A stretch of 42,010 nucleotides of DNA from Candidatus Omnitrophota bacterium (GCA_021735105.1 JAIPHS010000003.1:1-42010); one strand, 5' to 3'; shown: positions 7,276-17,798, numbered from the stretch's first letter. Notes: generated from the letters alone by a model not told the origin. A program made the numbers and translations.

Positions 7276-9564
7276 ATGAAGGAGAGGTTGGGCTTTTCTG
7301 AAAACGCTATTGTTGTCTTAAAAAGGAGGTATCTAAAAAAAGACGGCCAAGGCCGAATAATCGAAACTCCTGAGCGAATGCTTAGACGAGTGGCTAAGGC
7401 TATTGCCTCGGTTGAACAAAAATATGGAGCCAATCAACAAGAAATTAAAAATTTAGAAAATGTCTTTTTTCAAGTAATGAAAAATTTAGAATTTATGCCT
7501 AATTCGCCTACTCTTATGAATGCTGGAAAAGAGTTAGGGCAATTATCTGCCTGCTTTGTTGTTCCGGTAGAAGATTCAATGGGGTCTATCTTTGATGCGA
7601 TAAAGTCTACTGCACTTATCCATAAAACAGGAGGCGGGACAGGTTTTAGCTTTTCTCGTCTGAGGTCTCACAATAGTGTAGTAAAAACTACAGGTGGGGT
7701 GGCTTCAGGCCCGGTATCTTTTATGAAAGTTTTTGATGCAGCAACCCAGGCAGTTAAACAAGGCGGGACAAGGCGAGGCGCAAATATGGGAATTTTAAGA
7801 GTAGATCATCCCGATATTTTACAATTTATTGAGTGTAAGTCTAAGGACGGGGACATATCTAATTTTAATATTTCAGTTGCAATTACCGATGACTTTATAG
7901 AAAAAGTTTTAAGTAACCAAAAGTATGATCTTATTAATCCTAAAACTAAAAAAGTTGTAGGCAGCTTAGACGCGGTTGAAGTCTTTAATAGAATAGCCGA
8001 GTGTGCATATAACAATGGTGAACCGGGAATAGTATTTATAGATAAAATAAATAAAAGTAATCCTACTCTTAATCTTGGTAAAATCGAAAGTACCAACCCT
8101 TGCGGCGAGCAACCCCTGCTTCCTTATGAGAGCTGTAACTTAGGCTCTATAAATTTATATAAAATGCTTAAAAAAGAAGGTGAAGGGTTTAGCCTTGATT
8201 GGGAAAAACTTAAAAAAACTGTAAAAACCGGTATGCTTTTTTTAGATAATGTTATTGATGCTAATAAATTTCCTTTACCGGAAATTGATAAAAATACCAA
8301 AAAAACCAGAAAAGTAGGGTTAGGCATTATGGGATGGGCAACTATGCTTGGCTTTTTAGAAATTCCTTATGACAGCAAAGAAGCTATCAGTTTAGCTAAA
8401 GAGATAATGGATTTTATCCAAAAAGAAGCCCAAAAAGTTTCTCTGGAATTAGCTAAAAAGAAAGGCGCGTTTCCTGCTTGGGAAGGCAGCAATTGGCACA
8501 AACGGGGAATAAAAATTAGAAATGCTACCTTAACTACTATTGCTCCAACTGGAACCATAAGCATTATCAGCGGGCCTACTTCTTCAGGGATAGAGCCTAA
8601 CTTTTTCTTATCTTATTTTCGCAATGTTTTAGACGGGGAGAAGTTGTTAGAAATTGATCCAGCCTTTGAATATTATGCTAAAAAATCAGGATTTTATTCA
8701 AAAGAACTTATGGAAAAAATTGCATCTGGGGTAAGTATTCAAAGGATAGAGAAAGTCCCTGATAAGGCTAAAAGAATATTTAAGACGGCTATGGATATTT
8801 CTTCTTTTTGGCATATAAAAATGCAGGCTGCTTTTCAAGAATACACCGATAATGCTGTTTCTAAAACAATTAACCTTGCTTCTACCGCTGAATTGGATGA
8901 TGTTAAAGAGGCATATTTATTGGCTTATAAACTAAATTGTAAAGGGCTTACAGTATACCGGGATGGAAGCAGGAGTGGACAGGTTTTAACTATAAGTAAA
9001 GAAAAAGAAAAGAAAGAAAACGAAAAAGGGGCAGTTCCTTATCCTAAACCCAGGCCGGAGGTTATTTTAGGAACAACTACCAAGGTAACTACAGGTTGTG
9101 GTAATTTATATGTTACTTTAAACCAAGATGAAAATGGTAACTTTTTTGAAGTATTTACTCAAATGGGCAAAGCCGGTGGCTGTGCGGCTTCTCAGCTTGA
9201 AGCTGTAGGAAGATTAGTTTCACTTGCCTTGCGGGGAGGGATTGATATAAAAGTTATAGTTGAACAACTCAAAGGTATTAGATGCCCTTCTCCTTCTTGG
9301 GATAAAGGGAAAAAAATATTTTCGTGTTCGGATGCTATATCAAGAGTACTTGAAAAAAGAGGATTAGACCAAAAAGATAAGATTAAAACCAAGGCTGTTA
9401 CCTTATCAGAAGGACCTGATTCCCAGGTTCAAAAAGAAAAAGTAAAGGTTAAAAAAACTTCACATAATGTAAACGTAGTAGGGGTTTGTCCGGATTGCGG
9501 ATTTGCTTTGCGGCATCAAGAAGGTTGCCTTATTTGCGATGCATGCGGTTATTCGAAGTGTTAA
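7276..9564 (+). CDS. nrdJ: Class II (adenosylcobalamin-dependent) ribonucleotide reductase with fused TSCPD domain and C-terminal zinc ribbon
   Basis: PNSPTLMNAG, LSACFV, TNPCGEQPL, ESCNLGS, TIAPTGT, SKTIN, VYRDGSR, TGCG...SCSDAI, CPDCG...CDACGYSKC; SD AAGGAGG; no ATP-cone; no nrdB nearby. Confidence 0.95.
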   Translation: MKERLGFSENAIVVLKRRYLKKDGQGRIIETPERMLRRVAKAIASVEQKYGANQQEIKNLENVFFQVMKNLEFMPNSPTLMNAGKELGQLSACFVVPVEDSMGSIFDAIKSTALIHKTGGGTGFSFSRLRSHNSVVKTTGGVASGPVSFMKVFDAATQAVKQGGTRRGANMGILRVDHPDILQFIECKSKDGDISNFNISVAITDDFIEKVLSNQKYDLINPKTKKVVGSLDAVEVFNRIAECAYNNGEPGIVFIDKINKSNPTLNLGKIESTNPCGEQPLLPYESCNLGSINLYKMLKKEGEGFSLDWEKLKKTVKTGMLFLDNVIDANKFPLPEIDKNTKKTRKVGLGIMGWATMLGFLEIPYDSKEAISLAKEIMDFIQKEAQKVSLELAKKKGAFPAWEGSNWHKRGIKIRNATLTTIAPTGTISIISGPTSSGIEPNFFLSYFRNVLDGEKLLEIDPAFEYYAKKSGFYSKELMEKIASGVSIQRIEKVPDKAKRIFKTAMDISSFWHIKMQAAFQEYTDNAVSKTINLASTAELDDVKEAYLLAYKLNCKGLTVYRDGSRSGQVLTISKEKEKKENEKGAVPYPKPRPEVILGTTTKVTTGCGNLYVTLNQDENGNFFEVFTQMGKAGGCAASQLEAVGRLVSLALRGGIDIKVIVEQLKGIRCPSPSWDKGKKIFSCSDAISRVLEKRGLDQKDKIKTKAVTLSEGPDSQVQKEKVKVKKTSHNVNVVGVCPDCGFALRHQEGCLICDACGYSKC

Positions 9565-9589
9565 TTAACCTATTTCCTACCTTTTTAAT

Positions 9590-10360
9590 ATGAAACCAGA
9601 AGAAAAAATTATTGATTATTTTACTGTTTTAAAGTCTAGGGAAATAATAGGCTCTTCTTATATTTTTATTGGTGGTCAGTTTTTGATTATTAACCGGTTA
9701 ATAAAGCTGATAAATTGTGCCGAGAATAGTCAATTTTGTAATCAATGTTGGAGTTGTAAAAGGGTTGATGACGGCCATCATCCGGACTTATTGGTTGTTG
9801 AGCCGGATCCAATCAATATAAAGTTTAATCAAATAAGAGAAGCAATCCGTTTTTTGTCACGGAGAAGTTTTTATTCACCAAAAAAAATTCTAATTATAAA
9901 AGATGCTCAAAAGTTGACTGATCAAGCTGCTAACTTATTTTTAAAAACTTTAGAAGAATCGCCAAAGAATTCTTTTATTGGCCTTGTTTGCTCTAAGCTG
10001 GAAGATATTTTACCAACGATTATCTCTCGTTGCCGAAAAATATACCTACCTTATTCTAAGGTTAAATTAGCAAAATCTAAAGAGAAAATAAAAAGCATAT
10101 TAAGAAGTGGTTACTTCGGCCCAGGCAAAAGAAAAGATTTTTCTTTATTTTTGGAAAGTCTTATTATATTATTACATAACCAATTAAAAAATGATGCAGG
10201 GTATAATAACAATCACGAAGCAGATAGTTTAACTTTAGATTTAAATTTCAAAGAAGCCGTTATTGCTTTAGAGGATTTATTTAAGGTCTATAATGCTGCT
10301 GGTACCGTTAATATAAATTTAGCTCTAAATCTAATTAAAATGAGGTTAAGATGCAATTAA
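9590..10360 (+). CDS. holB: DNA polymerase III delta' subunit (short, divergent)
   Basis: Zn module C..CNQCWSC, HPD, ANLFLKTLEE, LPTIISRC; holB-ricT-metG-tatD synteny. Confidence 0.85.
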   Translation: MKPEEKIIDYFTVLKSREIIGSSYIFIGGQFLIINRLIKLINCAENSQFCNQCWSCKRVDDGHHPDLLVVEPDPINIKFNQIREAIRFLSRRSFYSPKKILIIKDAQKLTDQAANLFLKTLEESPKNSFIGLVCSKLEDILPTIISRCRKIYLPYSKVKLAKSKEKIKSILRSGYFGPGKRKDFSLFLESLIILLHNQLKNDAGYNNNHEADSLTLDLNFKEAVIALEDLFKVYNAAGTVNINLALNLIKMRLRCN

Positions 10361-11130
10361 TATTGGTAAGATTAAGAGAAGCAGGGCAGTTAACTACTTA
10401 TAAAACAGATCTATCTTTAAAGGTTCATGATTACGTTGTAGTGGAGGTTGACCGGGGTATTGACTATGGAGAGGCGCTGGAGATAAATGACGTACAGCAT
10501 TTTCTTCCTTCAAAAAAAGCTGGAAGCTATAAAAATATTATTAGGAAAATGTCAGGCCAGGATAAAAAATTGCTTAAAACCAATTGGAAAGAAGCAGAAG
10601 ATGCGATGAAGCTTTGTCAACGAAAAATAAAAGACTATAATTTAGCTATGAAACTGGTTGATACAGAATATTCATTTGATAAGAAAAAACTTATTTTTTA
10701 TTTTATTTCTGATAAAAGAGTTGATTTCCGCGAACTGGTTAAAGAGTTAGCAAAGGTCTTTAAAGTAAGGATTGAGATGCGTCAAATTGGAGCCCGGGAT
10801 GAAGCTAAATTGTTTGGAGGTTTTGGCCCTTGTGGACAAAAATTATGTTGTTGTCGATTCTTGAAAAATTTTGAACCAGTTACTATGAAAATGGCAAAGC
10901 TTCAAAAACTCCCTTTAGGTTCAGGTAAAATTTCTGGAATATGCGGAAGGCTTATGTGCTGTCTTTCTTATGAACACAAAATTTATAAAGATTTATCTAA
11001 AAATCTTCCCAGGGAAGGACAGAGAATTACTACCAAACAGGGTAAGGGCAAAGTAATTTCAGTTAATGTGTTAAAAAAAATTGTTTACCTGGAACTTGAA
11101 GATAATAGAGTAGAGAAAGTACAGTTTTAA
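10351..11130 (+). CDS. ricT: PSP1-domain / RicT (YaaT) family protein
   Basis: RVDFRELVKELA, RIEMRQIG.RDEAK, GPCG..LCC, KISGICGRLMCCL.YE. Confidence 0.9.
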   Translation: MQLILVRLREAGQLTTYKTDLSLKVHDYVVVEVDRGIDYGEALEINDVQHFLPSKKAGSYKNIIRKMSGQDKKLLKTNWKEAEDAMKLCQRKIKDYNLAMKLVDTEYSFDKKKLIFYFISDKRVDFRELVKELAKVFKVRIEMRQIGARDEAKLFGGFGPCGQKLCCCRFLKNFEPVTMKMAKLQKLPLGSGKISGICGRLMCCLSYEHKIYKDLSKNLPREGQRITTKQGKGKVISVNVLKKIVYLELEDNRVEKVQF

Positions 11131-11132
11131 AA

Positions 11133-12686
11133 ATGAAAAAATTTTATCTAACTTCACCTATTTATTATGTAAATGCCAGTCCTCATATTGGACATGCTTA
11201 CACGAATATTATTTGTGATTCTATGGCCAGGTTTAGGCGGATAAAAGGCGAAGATGTATTTTTTCTTACCGGTACTGATGAACATGGAGAAAAGATTCAA
11301 AAAGCAGCCAATAAAGAAGGGGTTGCTGTTAAAAATTTTATTGATAGTAAGGTGGATATTTTTAAGCAACTCTGGCCAAAACTGAATATATCTTATGACT
11401 TTTTTGTTCGCACTAGCTGGGAAAAACATATTAAGGTTGTAAGGGCCGTTATAGAAAAGCTTTATAAAAAGGGAGATATTTATAAATCAAAATATAACGC
11501 TTTTTATTGTATCGGTTGTGAAACTTTTTGGACTAAATTGCAGCTTAAAGATGGGGATATATGTCCTGAGTGCGGCCGTAAAACTGAAAAAATTCAGGAA
11601 GAAAATTATTTTTTTAAATTGTCTAAATATGAATCTTGGTTTAAGAAATATTTAAAAAATAATCCTAAATTAATTCAGCCCAAAATTCGTTATAATGAAG
11701 TAAAAAGTTTTCTGGATAACCATTCTTTAACAGATTTATGCATATCGCGTCCTAAAAAAAGAATTTCTTGGGGGATAGAGCTGCCTATAGACCAAGAATA
11801 TATTGTTTATGTTTGGTTTGATGCCTTAATTAACTATATCAGCGGGATAGGGTATGGGTTTGACCAAGAAAAGTTTAATCGTTTTTGGCCGGCAGATATC
11901 CATTTTATTGGCAAAGACATTTTAAGGCATCATGCAATTTTTTGGCCAATAATGTTAAAGGCCTTGGATCTTGAAATTCCCAAGTCTATTTTTGCTCACG
12001 GATGGTGGAAAATAAAAGAAGAAAAGATATCTAAATCAAAGGGAAATATCGTAAACCCCTTTGAATTGGTAAATCAATTAACTGATTTATTAGGCGGAAA
12101 TCAAGAGTTGGCTGCTGATGCTTTTCGTTATTTTTTGATGCGGGAGATACTTATAGGCGCAGATGGCAATTTTTCATTTAAAGCTTTAATAAACCGCATT
12201 AATTCCGACCTGGCTAATGATTTGGGAAATCTTGTTTACCGCAGCCTTAATATGGCTCAGAAATATAATGCGGGAAAAGTTAAATCTATTAAAAAAGATA
12301 TACCTTCTGAATTTAAAGAAAGCCTTGCTAAATTAGAAAAAGATTATGACAACTTTATGGTTGAAGGTGAATTTTGCAAGGCTCTAGATAATCTTTTTGA
12401 GTTAATTGGTGTTATTAACAAATACATTGAAGATACTAAGCCATGGAATTTAAAAAAAGAACAAAAAGAAAAAGAACTATTTTCTTTTCTTTATGCGATT
12501 TGTGAAGGGATAAGAGTTATTTCAATATATCTTTATCCAATCATGCCAAAGACTGCCCTTTCCATTCAAAAACAATTAGGTATAAAAGATATTTCATTTT
12601 CTACTCAAGAAGCTAAATGGGGTAATTCAGATAATTTTTTAATAAAAAAGGAAAAACCGCTTTTTCCCAGGATTGATGTTAGTTGA
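11133..12686 (+). CDS. metG: Methionine--tRNA ligase (short form, no C-terminal dimerisation domain)
   Basis: YYVN..PHIGH, TGTDEHG, Zn knuckle CIGC/CPEC, YVWFDAL, KISKS, LFPRI end. Confidence 0.97.
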   Translation: MKKFYLTSPIYYVNASPHIGHAYTNIICDSMARFRRIKGEDVFFLTGTDEHGEKIQKAANKEGVAVKNFIDSKVDIFKQLWPKLNISYDFFVRTSWEKHIKVVRAVIEKLYKKGDIYKSKYNAFYCIGCETFWTKLQLKDGDICPECGRKTEKIQEENYFFKLSKYESWFKKYLKNNPKLIQPKIRYNEVKSFLDNHSLTDLCISRPKKRISWGIELPIDQEYIVYVWFDALINYISGIGYGFDQEKFNRFWPADIHFIGKDILRHHAIFWPIMLKALDLEIPKSIFAHGWWKIKEEKISKSKGNIVNPFELVNQLTDLLGGNQELAADAFRYFLMREILIGADGNFSFKALINRINSDLANDLGNLVYRSLNMAQKYNAGKVKSIKKDIPSEFKESLAKLEKDYDNFMVEGEFCKALDNLFELIGVINKYIEDTKPWNLKKEQKEKELFSFLYAICEGIRVISIYLYPIMPKTALSIQKQLGIKDISFSTQEAKWGNSDNFLIKKEKPLFPRIDVS

Positions 12687-13461
12687 TTCGCATTGCCACC
12701 TAAATTCGTTAGCAGATAGTGCCAGCCTAAAGGTTGCCGATTGGTTTAAGGCTTTCGGGCATAAACTTATTGATTCAAGTATAGGCCTTAAGACTAGCCG
12801 GAAATCTATACAACTCTCAAGAAAGTATTCTTTTGTTTATAATTCATTAGGTTTTCATCCTTTTTTTTATAATGATTTTTCAAATGAAATTTATCAAAAA
12901 TATAAAGAATTTTTAAAAGTTAACGATAAAGTTGTTGCCTTGGGAGAAGTTGGCCTAGACTATAAATCAAAAATTTCACTTAACCAACAGGAAGAGATAT
13001 TTAAAAAGTGGGTGGAGCTGGCAAAAGAAAATAATATAAGCTTATTAATCCATCATCGCCTCAACAAAGAGAGCTGGTATAATGATAAATATCCAAATCG
13101 TCCCAGAATTTTAGCTATTTTAGATCAGTACTTTTCCAATTACCAAAGCATAGTTTTTCATTGCTTTTCTTATTCTCCTGAATTTTTACGGCAAATAATC
13201 GATAGGGGAGGTTTTGTTTCGTTTTCTCTTAATCTGTTGCGAAAAAATAAAAAAATTATTAATTCATTAAAAAAATGCCCCCTTGATAAGTTACTTCTAG
13301 AGACGGATTCTCCTTATATGAAAATTGGAGATAAAGAATCTACTCCTCTAGATATAAAATCCGTTTATTCGTATGCAGCAGAGTTAAAAAATATATCTAA
13401 AAATGAACTTAAGGGTAAAATTTTTTTAAATGTAAAAAAAGTTTTTAAAAAGATAAGGTAA
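12676..13461 (+). CDS. tatD: TatD-family hydrolase
   Basis: DSHCHL, GFHP, GEVGLD, HCFS, LETDSPY. Confidence 0.92.
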   Translation: MLVDSHCHLNSLADSASLKVADWFKAFGHKLIDSSIGLKTSRKSIQLSRKYSFVYNSLGFHPFFYNDFSNEIYQKYKEFLKVNDKVVALGEVGLDYKSKISLNQQEEIFKKWVELAKENNISLLIHHRLNKESWYNDKYPNRPRILAILDQYFSNYQSIVFHCFSYSPEFLRQIIDRGGFVSFSLNLLRKNKKIINSLKKCPLDKLLLETDSPYMKIGDKESTPLDIKSVYSYAAELKNISKNELKGKIFLNVKKVFKKIR

Positions 13462-13462
13462 A

Positions 13463-14494
13463 ATGCGTTCACTAAAGTTTAAAAATAATAAATTATTCTA
13501 TCTTGATCAAACAAAGCTTCCCGGAAAAGAGCTCTGGCGGAATTGCGCAACGATTAAATCTGGTTGGAAGGCTATAAAAAATCTTAAGGTAAGAGGTGCC
13601 CCATTAATTGGAGTTTTTGCTGCCTACTGCATTTGCATACATCTAGATAAACTTTCTAAAAAAAAGAATGTTTTCTTAAGGCAGCTAAAGCAATCTCTTA
13701 AATACCTTGAATCGGCCCGGCCTACTGCAGTAAATTTATTTTGGGCTTTAGATAGATTAGGTAAAGTTAGCCTACAAAGTAGGCAAAAAGAGGTTAAGCA
13801 GATCAAAAAGAATATAGTTAAAGAGGCTAAACTTATTCATCAACAAGACATAATAACATGCAAACATATTGCAGATTATGGTGTGAATTTAGTAAAAAAG
13901 AACGAAACTATTCTAACTCATTGTAATACAGGGTTTTTAGCTTCTTCCGGCCAAGGAACAGCTTTGGGAATAATTTTTAAAACCAAAAAACAGGGTAAAA
14001 ATCCTACGGTTTATATTGACGAAACTCGGCCTCTTTTACAAGGAGCACGCCTGACCGCTTGGGAGTTGAATAAAAAGAAAATAAAATCATTTTTGATTAC
14101 CGATAACAGTGCTGCATTTTTGATGCAAAATAAACAAATAGATAAAATTCTTGTGGGAGCTGACAGGATAACAGCTTCGGGAGATACAGCAAATAAGATT
14201 GGTACTTATAATTTAGCTATTTTAGCTAAATATCATAATATTCCTTTTTACGTTGCAGCCCCCTTGAGTACTTTTGACCTAAGCTTAAAAAAAGGAAGTG
14301 ATATAGTTATTGAAAAAAGAGGCCAGAAAGAAGTAAAAAAAGTATTAGGACAGGCCCTTATTTGCCCTAAAGAAACAAAAGCGGCTAATTTTGCCTTTGA
14401 TGTAACTCCTTCTAAACTAATTAAAGCAATAGTGACCGACAAGGGGGTAATTTATCCACCTTATGAAAAAAATATTAAAAAATTAATTAAATGA
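13463..14494 (+). CDS. mtnA: S-methyl-5-thioribose-1-phosphate isomerase
   Basis: LDQT.LP, VRGAPLIG, RPTAVNL, THCNTG, ETRP.LQGARLTAWEL, NKIGTY, FDVTP. Confidence 0.95.
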   Translation: MRSLKFKNNKLFYLDQTKLPGKELWRNCATIKSGWKAIKNLKVRGAPLIGVFAAYCICIHLDKLSKKKNVFLRQLKQSLKYLESARPTAVNLFWALDRLGKVSLQSRQKEVKQIKKNIVKEAKLIHQQDIITCKHIADYGVNLVKKNETILTHCNTGFLASSGQGTALGIIFKTKKQGKNPTVYIDETRPLLQGARLTAWELNKKKIKSFLITDNSAAFLMQNKQIDKILVGADRITASGDTANKIGTYNLAILAKYHNIPFYVAAPLSTFDLSLKKGSDIVIEKRGQKEVKKVLGQALICPKETKAANFAFDVTPSKLIKAIVTDKGVIYPPYEKNIKKLIK

Positions 14495-14934
14495 TAATAA
14501 CTTCAAAATCTACCTTTCAGACAAGGTCTTTAGGCAAGGATTTTTCTACTATATTAAAAAAACGAGATATTGTATTATTAGAGGGGCAATTAGGTGGCGG
14601 AAAAACTACCTTTGTAAAAGGCTTGGCTAAGGGCCTAGGTTATAAGGGAGAGGTCTTAAGCCCTTCTTATACTCTGGTGAGAAGATATAAAATTAATAAA
14701 ATAGTTATAAATCATATAGATTTATACCGGCTTGATAAAAAAAGTTTGAGTTCTATAGATATGGAAGAATATTTATATAATGAAAACAGTATATCCATTG
14801 TTGAATGGGGCCAAAAATTAAAGCCTTATTTAGATAAATATTTAATTATAAAATTTTCATTTTTGAATATGGAAAAAAGAAAATTAGTAATTTCTCAAAA
14901 AGGGCATAATAAGAACAAACTTAAGAACTTATGA
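14491..14934 (+). CDS. tsaE: tRNA t6A biosynthesis ATPase TsaE
   Basis: GQLGGGKTTF, SPSYTL, HIDLYRL, VEW. Confidence 0.95.
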   Translation: MIITSKSTFQTRSLGKDFSTILKKRDIVLLEGQLGGGKTTFVKGLAKGLGYKGEVLSPSYTLVRRYKINKIVINHIDLYRLDKKSLSSIDMEEYLYNENSISIVEWGQKLKPYLDKYLIIKFSFLNMEKRKLVISQKGHNKNKLKNL

Positions 14935-15596
14935 ACATATTATCTATAGATACATCTTCAAATTTTTTATCTTACAATATTACAAAAGATAATAATCTTA
15001 TCTATCAATATAATCGAGTTATTAATAGAGGCGCATCACTACTTGTTGGTAAGTTGGAGGAGACTTTTAAAAAGATGTCGATGCAAGTAGAAGATCTTGA
15101 TCTTTTTATAATTGGGTCGGGCCCAGGATCGTTTACAGGCTTACGTATTTCTTTTGCTGCAATTAAAGCTTTTGCTTTAGCTGTAAATAAACCTGTTTTT
15201 TGCCAAAATAGTTTTTTTGCTTGCGCTTATCCTTTCAGGAAAAAAGAAAAAAAAATTGTTGTTATTGGTGATGCTAAAAAAAATCTTGTCTATGCCGGGT
15301 TTTTTATATCAGACCAAAAAAGATTAAAACAAAAATCTAAAATTAAACTTATGAAGTTAAAAGATTGCCTGCAAAAGGCAGAAGGGTATCTATTTGTGGC
15401 CTATGACTCTCATTTGCGTAAAAAGGCTAAAAAAATAGAAAAAAATGTTAGATTTTACGAAAAAAATGTATATCCCCGAGCCGAATATTTGGTTAATGGC
15501 AATAATTTTGATAAAATAGATTATAAAGAATTAAAAAAAATAAAACCATTGTATCTACATTCGGTAGATTGCCAAGTAACAAAGAAAAACAGGTAA
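14931..15596 (+). CDS. tsaB: tRNA t6A biosynthesis protein TsaB
   Basis: ILSIDTS, GPGSFTGLRI, DAKK, PLY; follows tsaE. Confidence 0.92.
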   Translation: MNILSIDTSSNFLSYNITKDNNLIYQYNRVINRGASLLVGKLEETFKKMSMQVEDLDLFIIGSGPGSFTGLRISFAAIKAFALAVNKPVFCQNSFFACAYPFRKKEKKIVVIGDAKKNLVYAGFFISDQKRLKQKSKIKLMKLKDCLQKAEGYLFVAYDSHLRKKAKKIEKNVRFYEKNVYPRAEYLVNGNNFDKIDYKELKKIKPLYLHSVDCQVTKKNR

Positions 15597-15601
15597 AAAA
15601 T

Positions 15602-16711
15602 ATGTACCGGAAAATTTGGGTTGATATTAATTTAAGAGCATTTTCTGAAAATCTCAAAAAAATTAGAAAGTTTGTGGGTAATTCAGTAAAAATTGCTGCC
15701 GTCTTAAAACAATCTGCATATGGGCACGGGCTTATTCCCGTAGCACGCAAGCTTTATCAAGAAGGGGTAAACTATTTTGGGGTAGGCAGCATTAATGAAG
15801 CAATACAGCTTAGAGAAGATGGTTATAGAGGCAAAATTCTTCTTCTTAGCGTTGTTTCAAAAGAATTAGCTCCTTTTTTTATTCGTTTTGGCATAACTCC
15901 TACAGTTGTAGAAGAAGATTTTGCCCGGGAATTAAACCGTCAGGCAGAAAAAATAAAACAGGTTATCCCGGTTCATGTAAAAGTGGATACAGGAATGGGA
16001 CGCCTGGGTTTTTATCCCGATCAAATACATTCTTTTGTAGAAAAACTAAAAAATCTTAATTTTATTTCCCTAGAAGGTATTTACACACATTTTCCTGTAG
16101 CTGATACAAATTTTAGTTTTACTCAGCAGCAATTAAAAATTTTTCAAGATTTAATAAAAAAATTAAAAGAAAAACATATAGATTTTAAGTACTATCATAG
16201 TGCTAATAGTCTTGGTGTGGTTAATTATCCTAATTCATATCTTAATATGGTAAGGCCAGGTCTTATTCTTTATGGAGTAAAATCCCATCAAGATTTAAAA
16301 ATAGAATTAGAACCTGTATTAAGTTTTAAAGCAAAAATAATTTTTATTAAAGAAGTACCTCAAGGGAGAACTGTTGGCTATGGGGCTGATTTTGTTGCAA
16401 AATCTAACCGGAGAATTGCTACTGTATCTGTAGGTTATGCTGATGGTTATCCTTGGGCTTTGTCCAACAAGTCTAAAGTATTGATTAAGGGAAAATTATT
16501 CAATATAGCAGGAAGAGTATGCATGGATCATATAATGGTAGATTTAGGAAATGATAAAGAAATAAAAAAAGAAGATACAGTAACTTTAATCGGTAAAGAA
16601 AAAGATAAAAAAATAATGGCAGAAGATTTAGCCGCCTGGGCTCAAACTATTCCCTATGAAATAGTAACCTGCATATCCAAAAAGATACCCCGCCGCTATA
16701 TAAATACTTAA
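15602..16711 (+). CDS. alr: Alanine racemase
   Basis: AVLKQSAYGHG, HVKVDTGMGRLG, THF, HSANS, VRPG, VGYG, GYADG, GRVCMD, TIPYE. Start placed at ATG 15602. Confidence 0.95.
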   Translation: MYRKIWVDINLRAFSENLKKIRKFVGNSVKIAAVLKQSAYGHGLIPVARKLYQEGVNYFGVGSINEAIQLREDGYRGKILLLSVVSKELAPFFIRFGITPTVVEEDFARELNRQAEKIKQVIPVHVKVDTGMGRLGFYPDQIHSFVEKLKNLNFISLEGIYTHFPVADTNFSFTQQQLKIFQDLIKKLKEKHIDFKYYHSANSLGVVNYPNSYLNMVRPGLILYGVKSHQDLKIELEPVLSFKAKIIFIKEVPQGRTVGYGADFVAKSNRRIATVSVGYADGYPWALSNKSKVLIKGKLFNIAGRVCMDHIMVDLGNDKEIKKEDTVTLIGKEKDKKIMAEDLAAWAQTIPYEIVTCISKKIPRRYINT

Positions 16712-16712
16712 T

Positions 16713-17798
16713 TTAACGGGTTAGAATTAAACCGGTTATCCCGATGCTTAAGAAAAAAAGTGGAGCCAGCCAGGCTGAAAAAAACGGGAGGATTAATCCG
16801 GATTTTCCTAAGGCTATGCTTATTGAATCAGTTAATGAATATACCAGCGAAAAAATAAGCCCAATTCCAACGGCTGCAAAAGTAGCTTTTCTTTTTCTGA
16901 TTTCAAGAGCAATCGGTAAAGAGCCTATAATTAAGAATAGATGAGAAAAGGGGAAGGCGACTTTTTTATAAAAATCAATTTTTAAATTTTTTAATAGTTT
17001 TCCTGCAGTAACCTTCTCTAGGTTATTAATTTGTTTTCCTAATTTTACAAGCGGGGTAAATTCAATAAACATGCTTTTTTCAAAAGCTAGTTCTTCTGGT
17101 TTTTTTGGTAAAAAAATTGGGCTCTCTTCTATAACAATAGGGGCATTTTTGAGCCGCGTGGTATTTTCTAGAGTAAATTCTATTAGATTATAGCCTATCC
17201 ATTTTCCATCTAAATATTTTGCTGACTTGCAATGGGTTTTTTTTAAAAGATCGCCCTCTGTATTTTGTTCAAAAATTATAATATTTTTCATTTTTTTTTC
17301 TTTTGGCAAAAAAGTTTCAATAAAAAAAATAGATCTTTGTGAAATAAAAGCTAGATTTCTTATTTCAGATTCCTTAGTTTCTTTTTCAATATATTGTTTT
17401 TTAATATTTTGTGCTTTAGATTGTGATTGTATAAGTATTTTTTCTTGGAGAAAAAACACAAAACAGGAGATAAAAATTGCCAAAAAGATAGCCGGATAAG
17501 CTATCTTTAAGCTGCTTATTCCTGAGGTGCGAATGGTTATTAGCTCATTATTTTTGCCAAAGCTGCTGTAGGTATATAACACACTCATCAAAAGAGCCAG
17601 TGGGCTTACTCGTAAAATTATAAGCGGGAGAAGATAGGTATAATATTTAACAATAATAAGCAGCGGAGGGGTATTTTTTAATATATCCGAAAGACTAGAG
17701 AAGATATCTATTAATAGGTGTAATCCAGTAAATAAAAGAAGTATAAACAGATAAGAAAGAATAATATTTTTTAAAATATACTTATCTAAAATACGCAT
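16713..17798 (-). CDS. lptG: LPS export ABC transporter permease (LptG-like)
   Basis: MRILDKYI, NELITIRTSGIS, 3 TM + periplasmic domain + 3 TM, AWLAP; second of an LptF/G pair. Confidence 0.85.
   Translation of the reverse strand: MRILDKYILKNIILSYLFILLLFTGLHLLIDIFSSLSDILKNTPPLLIIVKYYTYLLPLIILRVSPLALLMSVLYTYSSFGKNNELITIRTSGISSLKIAYPAIFLAIFISCFVFFLQEKILIQSQSKAQNIKKQYIEKETKESEIRNLAFISQRSIFFIETFLPKEKKMKNIIIFEQNTEGDLLKKTHCKSAKYLDGKWIGYNLIEFTLENTTRLKNAPIVIEESPIFLPKKPEELAFEKSMFIEFTPLVKLGKQINNLEKVTAGKLLKNLKIDFYKKVAFPFSHLFLIIGSLPIALEIRKRKATFAAVGIGLIFSLVYSLTDSISIALGKSGLILPFFSAWLAPLFFLSIGITGLILTR

Noticed and set aside
7276-9564. Possible intein or intron in nrdJ
   Set aside because: Catalytic motifs are contiguous and the length is explained by the TSCPD and Zn-ribbon tail.
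15700-15730. Alr motif VLKQSAYGHG differs from VKANAYGHG
   Set aside because: The catalytic Lys, the Tyr and all other motifs are intact; this is ordinary drift.
16712-16726. TTAACGGGTTAGAA resembles an arm of the 7169-7204 palindrome
   Set aside because: Partial match only, no partner arm, and it is explained by the last codons of lptG.
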